Origin: Candidatus Iainarchaeum sp.
GTDB lineage: Archaea > Iainarchaeota > Iainarchaeia > Iainarchaeales > JAGVWC01
Assembly: GCA_018304465.1 (NCBI GenBank)
Contig: JAGVWC010000012.1
Coordinates: 64,001 to 128,000 of the forward strand
Direction: 5' to 3'
Length of the DNA stretch: 64,000 nucleotides
In this document: positions 46,886 to 56,747 of the stretch, in pieces
How positions within the stretch are numbered: the first letter of the stretch is position 1
Layout: every line of letters starts with the position of its first letter
Notes under the pieces: model-generated
What the model was told of the DNA's origin: nothing
Database searches by the model: none
Seen by the model: the letters and a program-made list of their open reading frames with translations, nothing else
Translations under genes and position numbers: made by a program

Positions 46886-47010
46886 GCACAGATTCGAGAA
46901 GGAAGGTTTTTTAGGAATTTGGAAAACGATCTGAAAGCGGGCAGTATAAGGCACATGGAGGACTTCAACATAAAAAATATACTGAGAAATCGGTTTTTCT
47001 TTTTTTTTGA

Positions 47011-47448
47011 CTATTGTTCGATTCTTTGGCGGAATTTGGCGTCGATTTGGCGGGCGCGTTGTTTCATGCGTTCAAAAATCCGATCGATGTCGTCTTCGAG
47101 CTCTTCAATGGTGCGGTACACGCTACTGGAACGCGCGACGTAGAACCGTCCGTGTTTTTCAATCAGACCCGATCGCACCAGATTGTTCAAGTGGTTGATG
47201 ACGGCGCCGCGGCTCATATTGACCCGGTCCGCGATCGCGGTGCTTGAAAGCGCTTCGCCGCGTTCGCTGGCCATGACCAAAATGCGAAAAACCGCGGCGG
47301 CAGTTTTGTCTTTGTCGATTTCTTCGTAAAAACCCAAAGATTTGCAGATCCAATCGAGTTCATCCAAAAGCGAATCGGAATAAGGCGGTTCCACCTTACG
47401 GATGACCAGCCGAAAACTCATGCGGCGTTGGGGGGGTCCGAGTTCCAT
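47011..47448 (-). CDS. Winged-helix transcriptional regulator divergent from grpE
   Basis: SSTAIADRVNMSRGAVINHLNNLVRSGLI HTH; C-terminal coiled coil. Confidence 0.85.
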   Translation of the reverse strand: MELGPPQRRMSFRLVIRKVEPPYSDSLLDELDWICKSLGFYEEIDKDKTAAAVFRILVMASERGEALSSTAIADRVNMSRGAVINHLNNLVRSGLIEKHGRFYVARSSSVYRTIEELEDDIDRIFERMKQRARQIDAKFRQRIEQ

Positions 47449-47484
47449 ATATAGGAATGGGAGAGAAAAGATTTAAAAAAACAT

Positions 47485-47521
47485 GTCTAAATTACTATGT
47501 AAAAGTCTAAACATTTTAGAC
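47485..47521. promoter_or_regulatory. Candidate operator of the grpE-dnaK-dnaJ operon
   Basis: GTCTAAA-CAT-TTTAGAC palindrome (47505-47521) plus a GTCTAAA half-site 20 bp upstream. Confidence 0.55.
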
Positions 47522-47530
47522 AGTGATGTT

Positions 47531-48106
47531 ATGGTCAAACCACCTCACCAAGCCCCGGATTCGTCCGAAACGGGGGACCACGGGTCAAAAAAAACCCCGG
47601 TGCCCCCCGTTCAAACCACTGAACCCACGCCCACCGAGCCTTCAAATCACGCCAAAATCAAGGAATTAGAGGGAATGCTCTTGGAATGGACCCAAACCGC
47701 GCAACGCATCCAGGCGGAATTTGAAAATTACCAAAAACGCGTGCTCAAAGAAAAAGCCGCAATTAGAGAAACCGAAAAATCACGCGTTTTATTGGGGTTA
47801 TTGCCGTTTTGGGAAAGCCTCCAAAACGCGTTAACCCACGCCCAAGCCCCGGAAAAAATGGGTTTGGAGGCGCTTTCCAGGCAATTTTCCAATTTTTTGG
47901 CATCGGAAGGCGTCAAACCCATGGAAACAGTGGGAAAACCGTTTGATCCGGCCGTGCACGAAGTCGTGCTATGGGAAAGCGTAAAAGGAGTTGGGGAGGG
48001 AGTAATAACGGCAGAGATTTCAAAAGGATTTTGGCTTAACGACCGCGTTTTGCGTCACGCCAAAGTCAAGATCAATCGGCTGGATGAACAGGAAGTGAAA
48101 CCATGA
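47531..48106 (+). CDS. grpE: Nucleotide exchange factor GrpE
   Basis: QAEFENYQKR, FDPAVHE, GFWL.DRVLRHAKV. Confidence 0.93.
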   Translation: MVKPPHQAPDSSETGDHGSKKTPVPPVQTTEPTPTEPSNHAKIKELEGMLLEWTQTAQRIQAEFENYQKRVLKEKAAIRETEKSRVLLGLLPFWESLQNALTHAQAPEKMGLEALSRQFSNFLASEGVKPMETVGKPFDPAVHEVVLWESVKGVGEGVITAEISKGFWLNDRVLRHAKVKINRLDEQEVKP

Positions 48107-48240
48107 AAAATCCCAATATGACTTTCGCCCCCCAACGAATCGCTTCGCCGCCGTTTAACGGCTTTGACGATCCGATCGATACCACGTTGCCCGAACCCGA
48201 CTTGATACCGGATAATATCCCATGGGAGGATGGCGAATGA
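48103..48240 (+). CDS. 45-aa acidic Pro-rich micro-ORF
   Basis: ATGA overlap with grpE stop; MKNPNMTFAPQRIASPPFNGFDDPIDTTLPEPDLIPDNIPWEDGE. Confidence 0.5.
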   Translation: MKNPNMTFAPQRIASPPFNGFDDPIDTTLPEPDLIPDNIPWEDGE

Positions 48241-48377
48241 AAACAAAAGAACCCTCAATCCAGGAACTCTTGGCTTTCGATCCGCGTCTTGAACCAAAAA
48301 CAAAGAAAAAAATGCAATCGAAACCCATCAAAGAAATCGGGATGCAACAACTGCAACACATCTTTCAGGCATCCTGA
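48237..48377 (+). CDS. 46-aa micro-ORF
   Basis: GGAGG SD and ATGA overlap; MKTKEPSIQELLAFDPRLEPKTKKKMQSKPIKEIGMQQLQHIFQAS. Confidence 0.5.
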   Translation: MKTKEPSIQELLAFDPRLEPKTKKKMQSKPIKEIGMQQLQHIFQAS

Positions 48378-48411
48378 ATTTTTTTATTCTTAAAAACGGA
48401 GGAAAATCGTT

Positions 48412-50274
48412 ATGGCAAAAGAAAAAATAATTGGAATTGATTTGGGAACATCGAACAGCGCGGCCGCGGTTTTAGAAGCCGGTCGACCTGTTGTCATTCC
48501 AAGTGCCGAAGGAACCAGCCTGTACGGAAAAGCGTTTCCAAGCGTTGTCGCGTTCACCAAAGACGGCCATCGGCTTGTCGGAGAACCCGCGCGACGCCAA
48601 GCTGTCAGCAACCCGGATGGCACGATCATGGCGGCCAAGCGAAAAATGGGGACTGATTTCAAATACCGCGTGCACGGAAAAGAATTCACGCCACAGCAAA
48701 TCTCTGCGTTTATTTTGCAAAAAATCAAAGCCGACGCGGAAAGTTTCACCGGCGAACCCGTTACCAAAGCCGTGATTACGGTGCCCGCGTATTTTGACGA
48801 CAACCAGCGTCAGGCCACCAAAGACGCCGGACAAATCGCGGGACTCGACGTGGTTCGGATCATCAATGAACCGACCGCCGCGGCGTTAGCCTACGGATTG
48901 GACAAAACAAGCAAAGACCACAAAGTCCTGGTGTTTGATTTGGGCGGCGGAACCTTGGATGTCACCATCATGGAAATGGGCGACGGGGTCTTTGAAGTCA
49001 AGTCCACCAGCGGAAACACGCAACTCGGCGGAACCGATATGGACAAAAAAGTCATTGACTGGGTCGTGTCGGAATTCAAAAAAAGCGAAGGCGTGGACCT
49101 GTCCAAGGACGCGATGGCGATGCAGCGCGTGCGCGAAGCCGCGGAGCGCGCCAAAATCGAATTGTCCAATGTAATGGAAACCGAAATCAACCTGCCGTAC
49201 GTCACAGCGACGCCGGAAGGCCCGAAACATTTGATCCTAAAGATCACGCGCACGAAACTCGAGCAATTGCTTTTGCCGATCGTGTCGCAGTGTGAAAAAC
49301 CCGTGATGCAGGCGCTGGCCGACGCCAAGCTTTCGCCGCAAGACGTCGCCAAAGTCATTTTGGTCGGCGGACCCACGCGCATGCCGATGGTGCAGGAATT
49401 CGTCGAAAAAATCGTCGGAAAAAAAGCCGAGCGCGGCGTGGATCCGATGGAATGCGTCGCAATGGGCGCGGCGATTCAGGCTGGAGTGCTCGCGGGCGAA
49501 GTCAAGGACATTCTGTTGCTGGACGTGACGCCGCTTTCGCTTGGAATCGAAACCCTTGGCGGCGTGTTCACCAAATTGATCGAGCGAAACACCACGATTC
49601 CAACGAAAAAATCCCAGATTTTTTCAACGGCAAGCGAGAATCAGCCCGCCGTGGACGTACATGTTTTGCAGGGAGAACGACCGATGGCCGCGGATAACAA
49701 AACCCTTGGCAGATTCCAGCTTGTCGGAATTCCGCCCGCGCCGCGCGGAGTCCCGCAAATCGAAGTTTCGTTTGATTTGGACGCCAACGGAATCGTTCAT
49801 GTCGCCGCAAAGGATCTTGGAACCGGAAAAGAACAATCCATCAAGATCGTCGCGAGCCAGAAATTGTCGGAAGACGAAATCAAGCGTATGCGCGAAGACG
49901 CGGAAGCGCACTCGGACGCGGACAAACGCCGACGCGAGGAAATCGAAACATTGAACCTTGCCGACAGCGCGGTGTACGAAGCCGAAAAAATACTTCCGGA
50001 GTTCGAAGGAAAAGTCGATCCGACCAAAATCGAGTCGATCAAGAACGCTCGGGAAGAACTGAAAAAAGCGCTCGATGAAAAAGAACGGGAACCCGCGAAA
50101 ATAAAGTCGCGTCTGGATGGTTTGCAGAAAGCCATGCAGGAAGCGTCGGTTGAAATGTATCAGAAAGCGCAGGCCAACCGGCCGCAAAACGACGAGCCCC
50201 AGTCCAAGTCCGGGAAAAAGCCGGATGGCGACGTGGTGGACGCGGATTTCAAAGTCGATGAAGACGGGAAATAA
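48412..50274 (+). CDS. dnaK: Chaperone DnaK (Hsp70)
   Basis: [32 protein letters not shown]. Confidence 0.98.
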   Translation: MAKEKIIGIDLGTSNSAAAVLEAGRPVVIPSAEGTSLYGKAFPSVVAFTKDGHRLVGEPARRQAVSNPDGTIMAAKRKMGTDFKYRVHGKEFTPQQISAFILQKIKADAESFTGEPVTKAVITVPAYFDDNQRQATKDAGQIAGLDVVRIINEPTAAALAYGLDKTSKDHKVLVFDLGGGTLDVTIMEMGDGVFEVKSTSGNTQLGGTDMDKKVIDWVVSEFKKSEGVDLSKDAMAMQRVREAAERAKIELSNVMETEINLPYVTATPEGPKHLILKITRTKLEQLLLPIVSQCEKPVMQALADAKLSPQDVAKVILVGGPTRMPMVQEFVEKIVGKKAERGVDPMECVAMGAAIQAGVLAGEVKDILLLDVTPLSLGIETLGGVFTKLIERNTTIPTKKSQIFSTASENQPAVDVHVLQGERPMAADNKTLGRFQLVGIPPAPRGVPQIEVSFDLDANGIVHVAAKDLGTGKEQSIKIVASQKLSEDEIKRMREDAEAHSDADKRRREEIETLNLADSAVYEAEKILPEFEGKVDPTKIESIKNAREELKKALDEKEREPAKIKSRLDGLQKAMQEASVEMYQKAQANRPQNDEPQSKSGKKPDGDVVDADFKVDEDGK

Positions 50275-50276
50275 CG

Positions 50277-50300
50277 AAAGCGTTTCCGAACGCTTTTTTT
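50277..50300 (+). terminator. Hairpin plus U tract between dnaK and dnaJ
   Basis: AAAGCGTT-TCCG-AACGCTTT-TTTT. Confidence 0.5.
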
Positions 50301-50347
50301 CCAGCCTTTTTTAAAAGGCTGTTCCCGATTCTTTTCATAGGTTGGTT

Positions 50348-51478
50348 ATGGTCGAAAAAAAAGATTATTACGAAGTGCTGGGCGTTGCAAAAAACGCGTC
50401 GCCAGACGACCTCAAAGCGGCGTACAAACGGTTAGCCAAGCAGCTTCATCCGGATGTTTCCGCCGACCCGAAAGCCAAGGAAAAATTCCAGGAAGTGTTG
50501 GAAGCCTACACCGTGCTTTCCGACGCGCAAAAACGCCAGAATTACGACCAGTTCGGACATTCCACGGAAGGATTTCAAGGATATCGCGGATTTGAAGGGT
50601 TCGAAGGCGGCGTGGATTTCGATTTTTCAGAGTTATTCGAAAACCTCGGCAATTTCGGATTCGGTTTTGACGATTTCGGATTCGGCGGCAATCGAAAAAC
50701 CCGTCGACGCGAAAAAGGCGCGAACCTGCGCGTGGATTTGTCGGTTTCGTTTGACGAAGCCGCGGCGGGCTTCGAAAAAAAAATCGAGGTCGAGCGAATC
50801 GAAAACTGTTCGGCCTGCAAAGGAACCGGCGCCAAAGACGGCGTCACGGAAACGTGTTCGACGTGCAAAGGAAGCGGTCGCGTCACACGCTCGCAAAAAA
50901 CCCCGTTCGGAATTTTTTCCACGCAAACCCTGTGCGGAAAATGCCAGGGAACCGGCCGCTTGGCCAAGGAAAATTGTTCCGCGTGCAAAGGAACGGGTCA
51001 TCGCAGCGTGAAAAAAACGATTGAAGTCTCGATTCCCGCGGGAATCGAAACCGGAATGCATTTGCGTTTATCCGGACTTGGAAACGCGGGAGTAAACGGC
51101 GGCGAAGCCGGGGATTTGTTTGTCGTCGTGCTTGTGGAACAGCATCCGTTTTTCAAGCGCGATCACGGGGACTTGTATTGTGAGGTTCCGATTTCGTTTT
51201 CGAACGCGGCCTTGGGAATGGAGCTGGAAGTGGCGACGCTCAAAGGACACGCGACGGTATCCGTTCCGGCGGGAACGCAAACGGGAACGATTTTTCGGCT
51301 TAAAGGAAAAGGAATCAAGGATCTTCATTCGGGAAAAGTGGGTGACCAATTCGTCAAGGTGAACATTGTGACTCCGAAAAGTCTTTCGAAAGAGCAGAAA
51401 CGATTGCTCGAAGAATTCCAAAAAACCGAAGGAGAACAAAAAGACAAGAAAGGGTTTTTTCGAAGTCTCGGATTGTAA
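50348..51478 (+). CDS. dnaJ: Chaperone DnaJ
   Basis: HPD J-domain, G/F-rich region, four CxxCxGxG repeats. Confidence 0.97.
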   Translation: MVEKKDYYEVLGVAKNASPDDLKAAYKRLAKQLHPDVSADPKAKEKFQEVLEAYTVLSDAQKRQNYDQFGHSTEGFQGYRGFEGFEGGVDFDFSELFENLGNFGFGFDDFGFGGNRKTRRREKGANLRVDLSVSFDEAAAGFEKKIEVERIENCSACKGTGAKDGVTETCSTCKGSGRVTRSQKTPFGIFSTQTLCGKCQGTGRLAKENCSACKGTGHRSVKKTIEVSIPAGIETGMHLRLSGLGNAGVNGGEAGDLFVVVLVEQHPFFKRDHGDLYCEVPISFSNAALGMELEVATLKGHATVSVPAGTQTGTIFRLKGKGIKDLHSGKVGDQFVKVNIVTPKSLSKEQKRLLEEFQKTEGEQKDKKGFFRSLGL

Positions 51479-51527
51479 ACAGAACCCATAAGTTAATTAT
51501 AAAAAACTTTGGGTTGTATACCATAGC

Positions 51528-51788
51528 ATGGTTGAAGTACTGTATCTCGGACCAGTGTTGACCATTATCGTATTGGCCATCCTGGTGTACATCGCGATCA
51601 AAGGCGGAAAAAGCATTGTGAGCCTTGCAATAAACAGCGTCATCGGGCTCGTGATTTTGGTGGTCATCAATTTTTTACCGTTCATCCAGATCCCCATCAA
51701 TATTTGGACGATTCTCATTACCGCATTGGGAGGAATTCCCGGCATTGCGCTGTTGATTTTGCTTAATTTGCTCGGAATCGTCATTTAG
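51528..51788 (+). CDS. BofA-like small membrane protein (paralog 1)
   Basis: INSVIGL..L...N, IPINIWTIL..LGGIPG BofA-type signature. Confidence 0.8.
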   Translation: MVEVLYLGPVLTIIVLAILVYIAIKGGKSIVSLAINSVIGLVILVVINFLPFIQIPINIWTILITALGGIPGIALLILLNLLGIVI

Positions 51789-51796
51789 GAAAAACC

Positions 51797-52057
51797 ATGG
51801 CTCGAAATGTGTATGTGGGACCCGCGGTTTCCGCGTTGCTCATCATCATTTTGATTCTGGTCTTGTTAAACAGCAGTCAGTCGCTTTCGTCCTTGATCGT
51901 CAACAGCTTGATCGGACTGGTCGTATTGGTGTTGTTGAATTTTTTGCCGTTTATCAAGATCAACATCAGCATCTGGACGGTGCTGATCGCGGGACTTGGC
52001 GGAATCCCGGGAATCATTATTCTGATTTTGTTGAGTTTGCTTGGCGTGGAACTGTAA
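51797..52057 (+). CDS. BofA-like small membrane protein (paralog 2)
   Basis: VNSLIGL..LNFLPFI.I..WTVL..LGGIPG; same length as and similar to paralog 1. Confidence 0.8.
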   Translation: MARNVYVGPAVSALLIIILILVLLNSSQSLSSLIVNSLIGLVVLVLLNFLPFIKINISIWTVLIAGLGGIPGIIILILLSLLGVEL

Positions 52058-52077
52058 AAAAAAGACAGCCGTCGGTG

Positions 52078-52425
52078 TTAGTCGTCTGGCATAGGTTCTC
52101 GACGAGTTTCACGGACTTTTTGAGTCACTTTTTTTTCAACGGCTGGTTTTCCGTTTTCTCCAGGAGTGATTTCGGTTGTTTCTTTGTCTTCTTTGGTGAT
52201 GATTTTTTTCTCTTTTGACATAACGACGCTTCCCCCCATAGTTGCCTGGACATCGTGGGTGATGAATAACCACAACACGATCAGGATTCCGATGGCGATC
52301 AGGATGTCAGTTTCCGAAAAAGAAATCCCCGGCAAGAAAGTACCGGTGTCGTTTCCGATCAGGATGATCAGGAACGCTCCGATCAGAACCAATAGGATCA
52401 ACAGACCGTATTTTTCCGATGCCAT
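52078..52425 (-). CDS. Two-TM membrane hypothetical protein
   Basis: Two hydrophobic helices then a charged tail. Confidence 0.7.
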   Translation of the reverse strand: MASEKYGLLILLVLIGAFLIILIGNDTGTFLPGISFSETDILIAIGILIVLWLFITHDVQATMGGSVVMSKEKKIITKEDKETTEITPGENGKPAVEKKVTQKVRETRREPMPDD

Positions 52426-52538
52426 CGTTTAAATATAACTGAATTAAGTTTTTATAGGAAACGAAAGCCGTCTCGTGGGGTTTTTCGCGGTTTTCTTGCC
52501 GTCGGATATAAATACTTGTTTTTGGGTTGTGTTTGAGT

Positions 52539-53105
52539 ATGCATCATCGCAAGGTTTTTCTGTTTGGTTTGCTTTTGGCAGGCATTCTCCTTTCGGGTTG
52601 TATTTCGCAGACCAGTTTTGATCAGGAATTCCCAAAGGTTCGCGCGATCATGGAACGAAACGGAGCTTTTTTTCCAAAGACCCTCGTGCCACCGAGTATT
52701 GATTTGATTAACCGCACCCAGTTCGAACTGGAAGCGTACAAATCGGCGCTGGTCAAACAGCCGGAAAGCCAGGACAAAAAAGCCGTGAACGCGTTTTTGA
52801 CCGCGCATAATCATTTGCTTGAAATGCAAAAACAGTTTTTGGAAGGCGGAACCGAAACGTCTTTGACGGATTTTACCTTGATTTCGTGCGAAAAAGGAAG
52901 CAATTTAAGCAAGGCCATCACCCACTATGAGCTGGCCGCGGTTCAAGCCGATCTTGCGGAAAAGAATTTTGCGGCGTTCGAAAACGCGTTTTCCGTGTAT
53001 GCGGGAAAAACCGAGATTGATTATACGGATTTGGAAAACGAACTAAAGACCAGTAAAGCCACGTTTTTGGAATTGAAATCCGCGAATCAAAAACTTTGTT
53101 CTTAG
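52539..53105 (+). CDS. Putative lipoprotein
   Basis: Basic N-terminus, hydrophobic core, LSGC lipobox. Confidence 0.75.
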   Translation: MHHRKVFLFGLLLAGILLSGCISQTSFDQEFPKVRAIMERNGAFFPKTLVPPSIDLINRTQFELEAYKSALVKQPESQDKKAVNAFLTAHNHLLEMQKQFLEGGTETSLTDFTLISCEKGSNLSKAITHYELAAVQADLAEKNFAAFENAFSVYAGKTEIDYTDLENELKTSKATFLELKSANQKLCS

Positions 53106-53118
53106 GGGCGATTGAAAG

Positions 53119-53721
53119 TTGACGGTGTTTTCCTCTGGCGCGGAAGCGGTGCTATCCAAAACCAACGTGTTTGGCCGTTCGGCTCTTGAGAAGCGGCGGG
53201 TTCCGAAAGGATATCGGCATCCCAATTTGGATTCATTGGTTCGTTTTAACCGGATGCGACGCGAATTGTCGTTGCTTTTTGCGGCCAAGCAAGCGGGCGT
53301 GTCGTGTCCATTCGTGCTGGATGTCAACGTGAACGATTGCGCGTTTTCAATGGCGTTCATTGCGGGCCCGACCGCAAAGCAGGCGCTTTCCAAAAAAAAC
53401 CTTTGGGTTTGCGATCAGTTGGGTGAAATGGTGGCCAAGTTGCATTCCAAAGACATTATTCATGGCGACTTGACCACAAGCAACGTGTTGATTGCTGGAA
53501 AACAATTGGTTTTGATCGATTTTGGCATGGGTTTTTTCTCGAAAAAAAAAGAGGATCGCGCCGTGGATTTGTTGAACTTGAAAAAAATGTTTCACGCCAC
53601 GCATTCGGATATTTCACAGGGATGGGATCGGATTGTGAAAAACTATGTGAAACGAAATCCTACCGGACACGAAGTGATTGAAACTATCACGGAAATCGAA
53701 AAACGGACCCGATATTCGTAA
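53119..53721 (+). CDS. bud32: KEOPS kinase Bud32
   Basis: GAEA, KGYRHP.LD, HGDLTTSN, IDFG, EDRAVDL. Confidence 0.94.
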   Translation: MTVFSSGAEAVLSKTNVFGRSALEKRRVPKGYRHPNLDSLVRFNRMRRELSLLFAAKQAGVSCPFVLDVNVNDCAFSMAFIAGPTAKQALSKKNLWVCDQLGEMVAKLHSKDIIHGDLTTSNVLIAGKQLVLIDFGMGFFSKKKEDRAVDLLNLKKMFHATHSDISQGWDRIVKNYVKRNPTGHEVIETITEIEKRTRYS

Positions 53722-53884
53722 TCTACATAACGAAATCTTGTTTTGGCGTTTTTTCTCTCCGTAAAGCCGAAGTAAGCCTTTTAAACAATTCGCCCCGGGT
53801 TTATGTAATCGTTTTTTTATATTCGCTTTTTTGGTCCGGTAGGCCAAAAAGGCACATTCAAGTAAATATCTCATTGGTGAAAAA

Positions 53885-54379
53885 ATGGTCAAAAAGGCCC
53901 TTGTGGAAGAAGACGCGGTCGTTGAAACGGCGGAGACAGCCCCCAAAGTCGAGGAAGTTCCGAAAAAAACCGTGAAGAAAAAAAAGGAGTTTATGGTTTC
54001 GGACTTGAAACCGACCGAAATCGAGGAACTGGTCGCGGACTTGGGCAACCAGGGTATGAATGCGTCCCAGATCGGCGTCATTTTGCGCGATCAGCACAAT
54101 GTCCCCAAGGTAAAATTGGCCACGGGAAAAACGATTTCTGATATTTTATCCAACCGCTCGCTTTCTCCGGAGATTCCCGAAGATTTGCTTGCGTTGATTC
54201 GACGCGTCGTGGCGTTGGACCGTCATCTGCAAGTGAACAAGAAAGATTTTTCAGCCAAGCGTGGTTTTCAATTGACTGTTTCAAAAATCCGCCGTTTGGT
54301 GGCGTATTATCACGAGAAAAAGAGACTGCCCGCGGACTGGCGCTATTCGATTGAAAAAGCGCGCCTGTTGGTGAAGTAG
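53885..54379 (+). CDS. rps15: 30S ribosomal protein uS15
   Basis: SQIGVILRDQH, IPEDL, SKIRRLVAYY, LPADWRY. Confidence 0.96.
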   Translation: MVKKALVEEDAVVETAETAPKVEEVPKKTVKKKKEFMVSDLKPTEIEELVADLGNQGMNASQIGVILRDQHNVPKVKLATGKTISDILSNRSLSPEIPEDLLALIRRVVALDRHLQVNKKDFSAKRGFQLTVSKIRRLVAYYHEKKRLPADWRYSIEKARLLVK

Positions 54380-54391
54380 GTGTAATGATTT

Positions 54392-55042
54392 ATGGCCCAG
54401 ATGATTGAAGAGACCACGAAAAAGTCCGACGAAAAGAAACCGGAACGAAAAACCGGCGGGCAGAAAAAACGCGGAATTGACAAGTGGAAGAAAAAAGTGT
54501 GGTATTCGATTTTTACTCCGGACGAGTTTGAAAAACGCGAAATCGCGCAAACCGTCGCCGAAAAACCCGAAATGGTCATGGGCCGAACACTCACCGTGAG
54601 CGTGGCGGAAGTATCCAAACAGCCGCGTATGTCCCACGTCGCGTTGAAATTCAAAGTCAACAATGTACAGGCCCAAAAAGCGTTTACCGCAGTACAGGGT
54701 TTTTCGATTCAGGATTCGTACGTGAAACGAATCGTTCGACGCCGAAGCTCAAAAATCGAACTCGTACATGACGTCGTCACCAAGGATAATCTCAAAGCGC
54801 ACGTCAAAGCCGTTACGATTTCAGGGTCCAAGGTCACGCAGACCCAAAAAACCGCGATTCGAAAAATCATGGAAGAAGAACTTGAAAAAGCGGCCAAGGC
54901 GCGCGAATTCCGCGTGTTGGTCCAAGAACTTATTTTTGGCAATGTCGCGTCCGCGATCGTAAAGCGCGCGAAAAAAGTTGCCTCGATCAAACGGACCGAA
55001 ATTTCCAAATGCACGTTGCTGGAAGACCAGAAAAAGCAGTGA
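54392..55042 (+). CDS. rps3ae: 30S ribosomal protein eS1 (S3Ae)
   Basis: DKWKKKVWY, VRRRSSKI. Confidence 0.95.
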   Translation: MAQMIEETTKKSDEKKPERKTGGQKKRGIDKWKKKVWYSIFTPDEFEKREIAQTVAEKPEMVMGRTLTVSVAEVSKQPRMSHVALKFKVNNVQAQKAFTAVQGFSIQDSYVKRIVRRRSSKIELVHDVVTKDNLKAHVKAVTISGSKVTQTQKTAIRKIMEEELEKAAKAREFRVLVQELIFGNVASAIVKRAKKVASIKRTEISKCTLLEDQKKQ

Positions 55043-55054
55043 TCGGGTTAAACG

Positions 55055-55732
55055 ATGATCAATGAATGGGAAACGCTATTCGTTTTGCTCCTGCTCGCAA
55101 TCGTTTTGTTTTGGTCGTACAAGAAAAAATTCCTCGATAATGAGGGAATGCTGGTCGCCGTTATCGTGGGCTTAAGCGTTTTTTTGCTTGGCGGCATGCA
55201 GGGTTTTTTGACTTTGGTTGTTTTTTTCGGCGTCGGAGAACTGGCGACGATGCTGTATGCGGGTCACAAGAACAAAACGAAACATTCCCGCCGCGGAACC
55301 AGCAATATTTTGGGTAACGCGCTGGCCGGAATCGTTGCGTTGGTCCTAAATAGTCCGATCGGTTTTTTTGCCGCGATTTCGGCATCTTTGGCGGACACGC
55401 TTTCATCCGAAGTCGGAGTGTTGTCCAAGGAAAAACCGTTTTTGATCACGACATTAAAACGAGTGGAGTACGGAACCGACGGCGGGGTTTCGTATCTAGG
55501 GTTTTCAGCAGCCATCATCGGTGCCGCGGTAATCGGAGGATTGTATTTTTTCTTTACCCACCATGTTCTCGCGGCGATACTCGTTTTTTTCTGCGGTTTG
55601 TTCGGAACTGCGGTGGACAGTTTGATGGGCGCCACGCTTCAGAAATGGGGCTACATCGACAACAATGAAGTGAACTTTTTTTCAAGCGGTTTTGCCGCGC
55701 TTCTCGCGTACATCGTCATCGCGTTAATGTGA
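55055..55732 (+). CDS. DUF92/TMEM19-family membrane protein
   Basis: RG..NILGN, ADTLSSEVG, GTDGGVS, DSLMGATLQ, NNEVN. Confidence 0.88.
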   Translation: MINEWETLFVLLLLAIVLFWSYKKKFLDNEGMLVAVIVGLSVFLLGGMQGFLTLVVFFGVGELATMLYAGHKNKTKHSRRGTSNILGNALAGIVALVLNSPIGFFAAISASLADTLSSEVGVLSKEKPFLITTLKRVEYGTDGGVSYLGFSAAIIGAAVIGGLYFFFTHHVLAAILVFFCGLFGTAVDSLMGATLQKWGYIDNNEVNFFSSGFAALLAYIVIALM

Positions 55733-56683
55733 AACGGAAACCGTCGGGGTTTTCGACCCGCCGTTTGCGATCAGGGATTGTTGGAATCCGCTGCCAAACG
55801 AATACCCTGCATTGGCAAACAAGTCAATCAAGGTTAATTGCGGGCGACGGATGTATTCGACCAGGGGGGTTCCTTGGATTCCTGCCAGTTCCGCGGCCTT
55901 GTCGATCGCGTCTTGGCGCGTTCCGAGTTCGTCAATGAGTCCCGCGTCTTTGGCTTGGGTTCCGGACATGATGCGACCGTCGGCGATTTCTTCGAACCGA
56001 ACCGGGTCCAACTTATTTTTTCGGTAATCCAAAATGTCACGTTTGAAATGACTGAAAGCTTCGGATAAAAGCGATTGCAGTATTTGCCGTTGTTCTTCAG
56101 TGGGTTCGGAAAACGGGTTTCCGATGGCTTTGTTTTTTCCTTCGGTTAAAATGTTCATTTTGATGCCGAGTTTGTCGAGCAACCCGTTGATGTCGGGATA
56201 CATGCTGATGACGCCGATGCTTGCCGTGATCGAGTCTTCGTCGGCGATGATATAATTGCTGGCGGCAGCCACGTAGTAACCGCCACTGGCACCGACTTCC
56301 CCGATGTATGACACCACGGGTTTGCTTGTTTTTCGGACCTGATATACCACTTGCTTGGTGGCCACGATGGTTCCGCCGGGGCTGTCAATGTCGAGCACGA
56401 TGGCGCCAATGCGGTCGTCTTCATCGGCTTTTTTGATTTGTTCGGCCAGTTCTTCCGCGGAAAACCATTCGGATAAACCGGACGCGCCGGAGGCGATTTC
56501 GCCTTTGACCGGGATGACAGCGATCGTTTTTGAGAAAACGGACGCCTCGATTCCAAGCAAAAGCACGAATGAGAACAACAACAGCAATGCGAACAGGAGT
56601 AGGACTCCGATTCCGAGTACGGCCCAGGGATTCGTCAAAAAGGTGCGGGAAGATTCGGGCCAGAGTGGTTTTTGCGGTGTCAT
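55724..56683 (-). CDS. sppA: Signal peptide peptidase SppA (S49)
   Basis: IDSPGG, ASGGYY, SIGV, GLIDELG. Confidence 0.93.
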   Translation of the reverse strand: MTPQKPLWPESSRTFLTNPWAVLGIGVLLLFALLLLFSFVLLLGIEASVFSKTIAVIPVKGEIASGASGLSEWFSAEELAEQIKKADEDDRIGAIVLDIDSPGGTIVATKQVVYQVRKTSKPVVSYIGEVGASGGYYVAAASNYIIADEDSITASIGVISMYPDINGLLDKLGIKMNILTEGKNKAIGNPFSEPTEEQRQILQSLLSEAFSHFKRDILDYRKNKLDPVRFEEIADGRIMSGTQAKDAGLIDELGTRQDAIDKAAELAGIQGTPLVEYIRRPQLTLIDLFANAGYSFGSGFQQSLIANGGSKTPTVSVSH

Positions 56684-56747
56684 GGGAATCCGGTGAATTA
56701 ACCAACCATTAAAAGATTTTCTTAAAGAGTAGTTTTAAAGAGAACGC

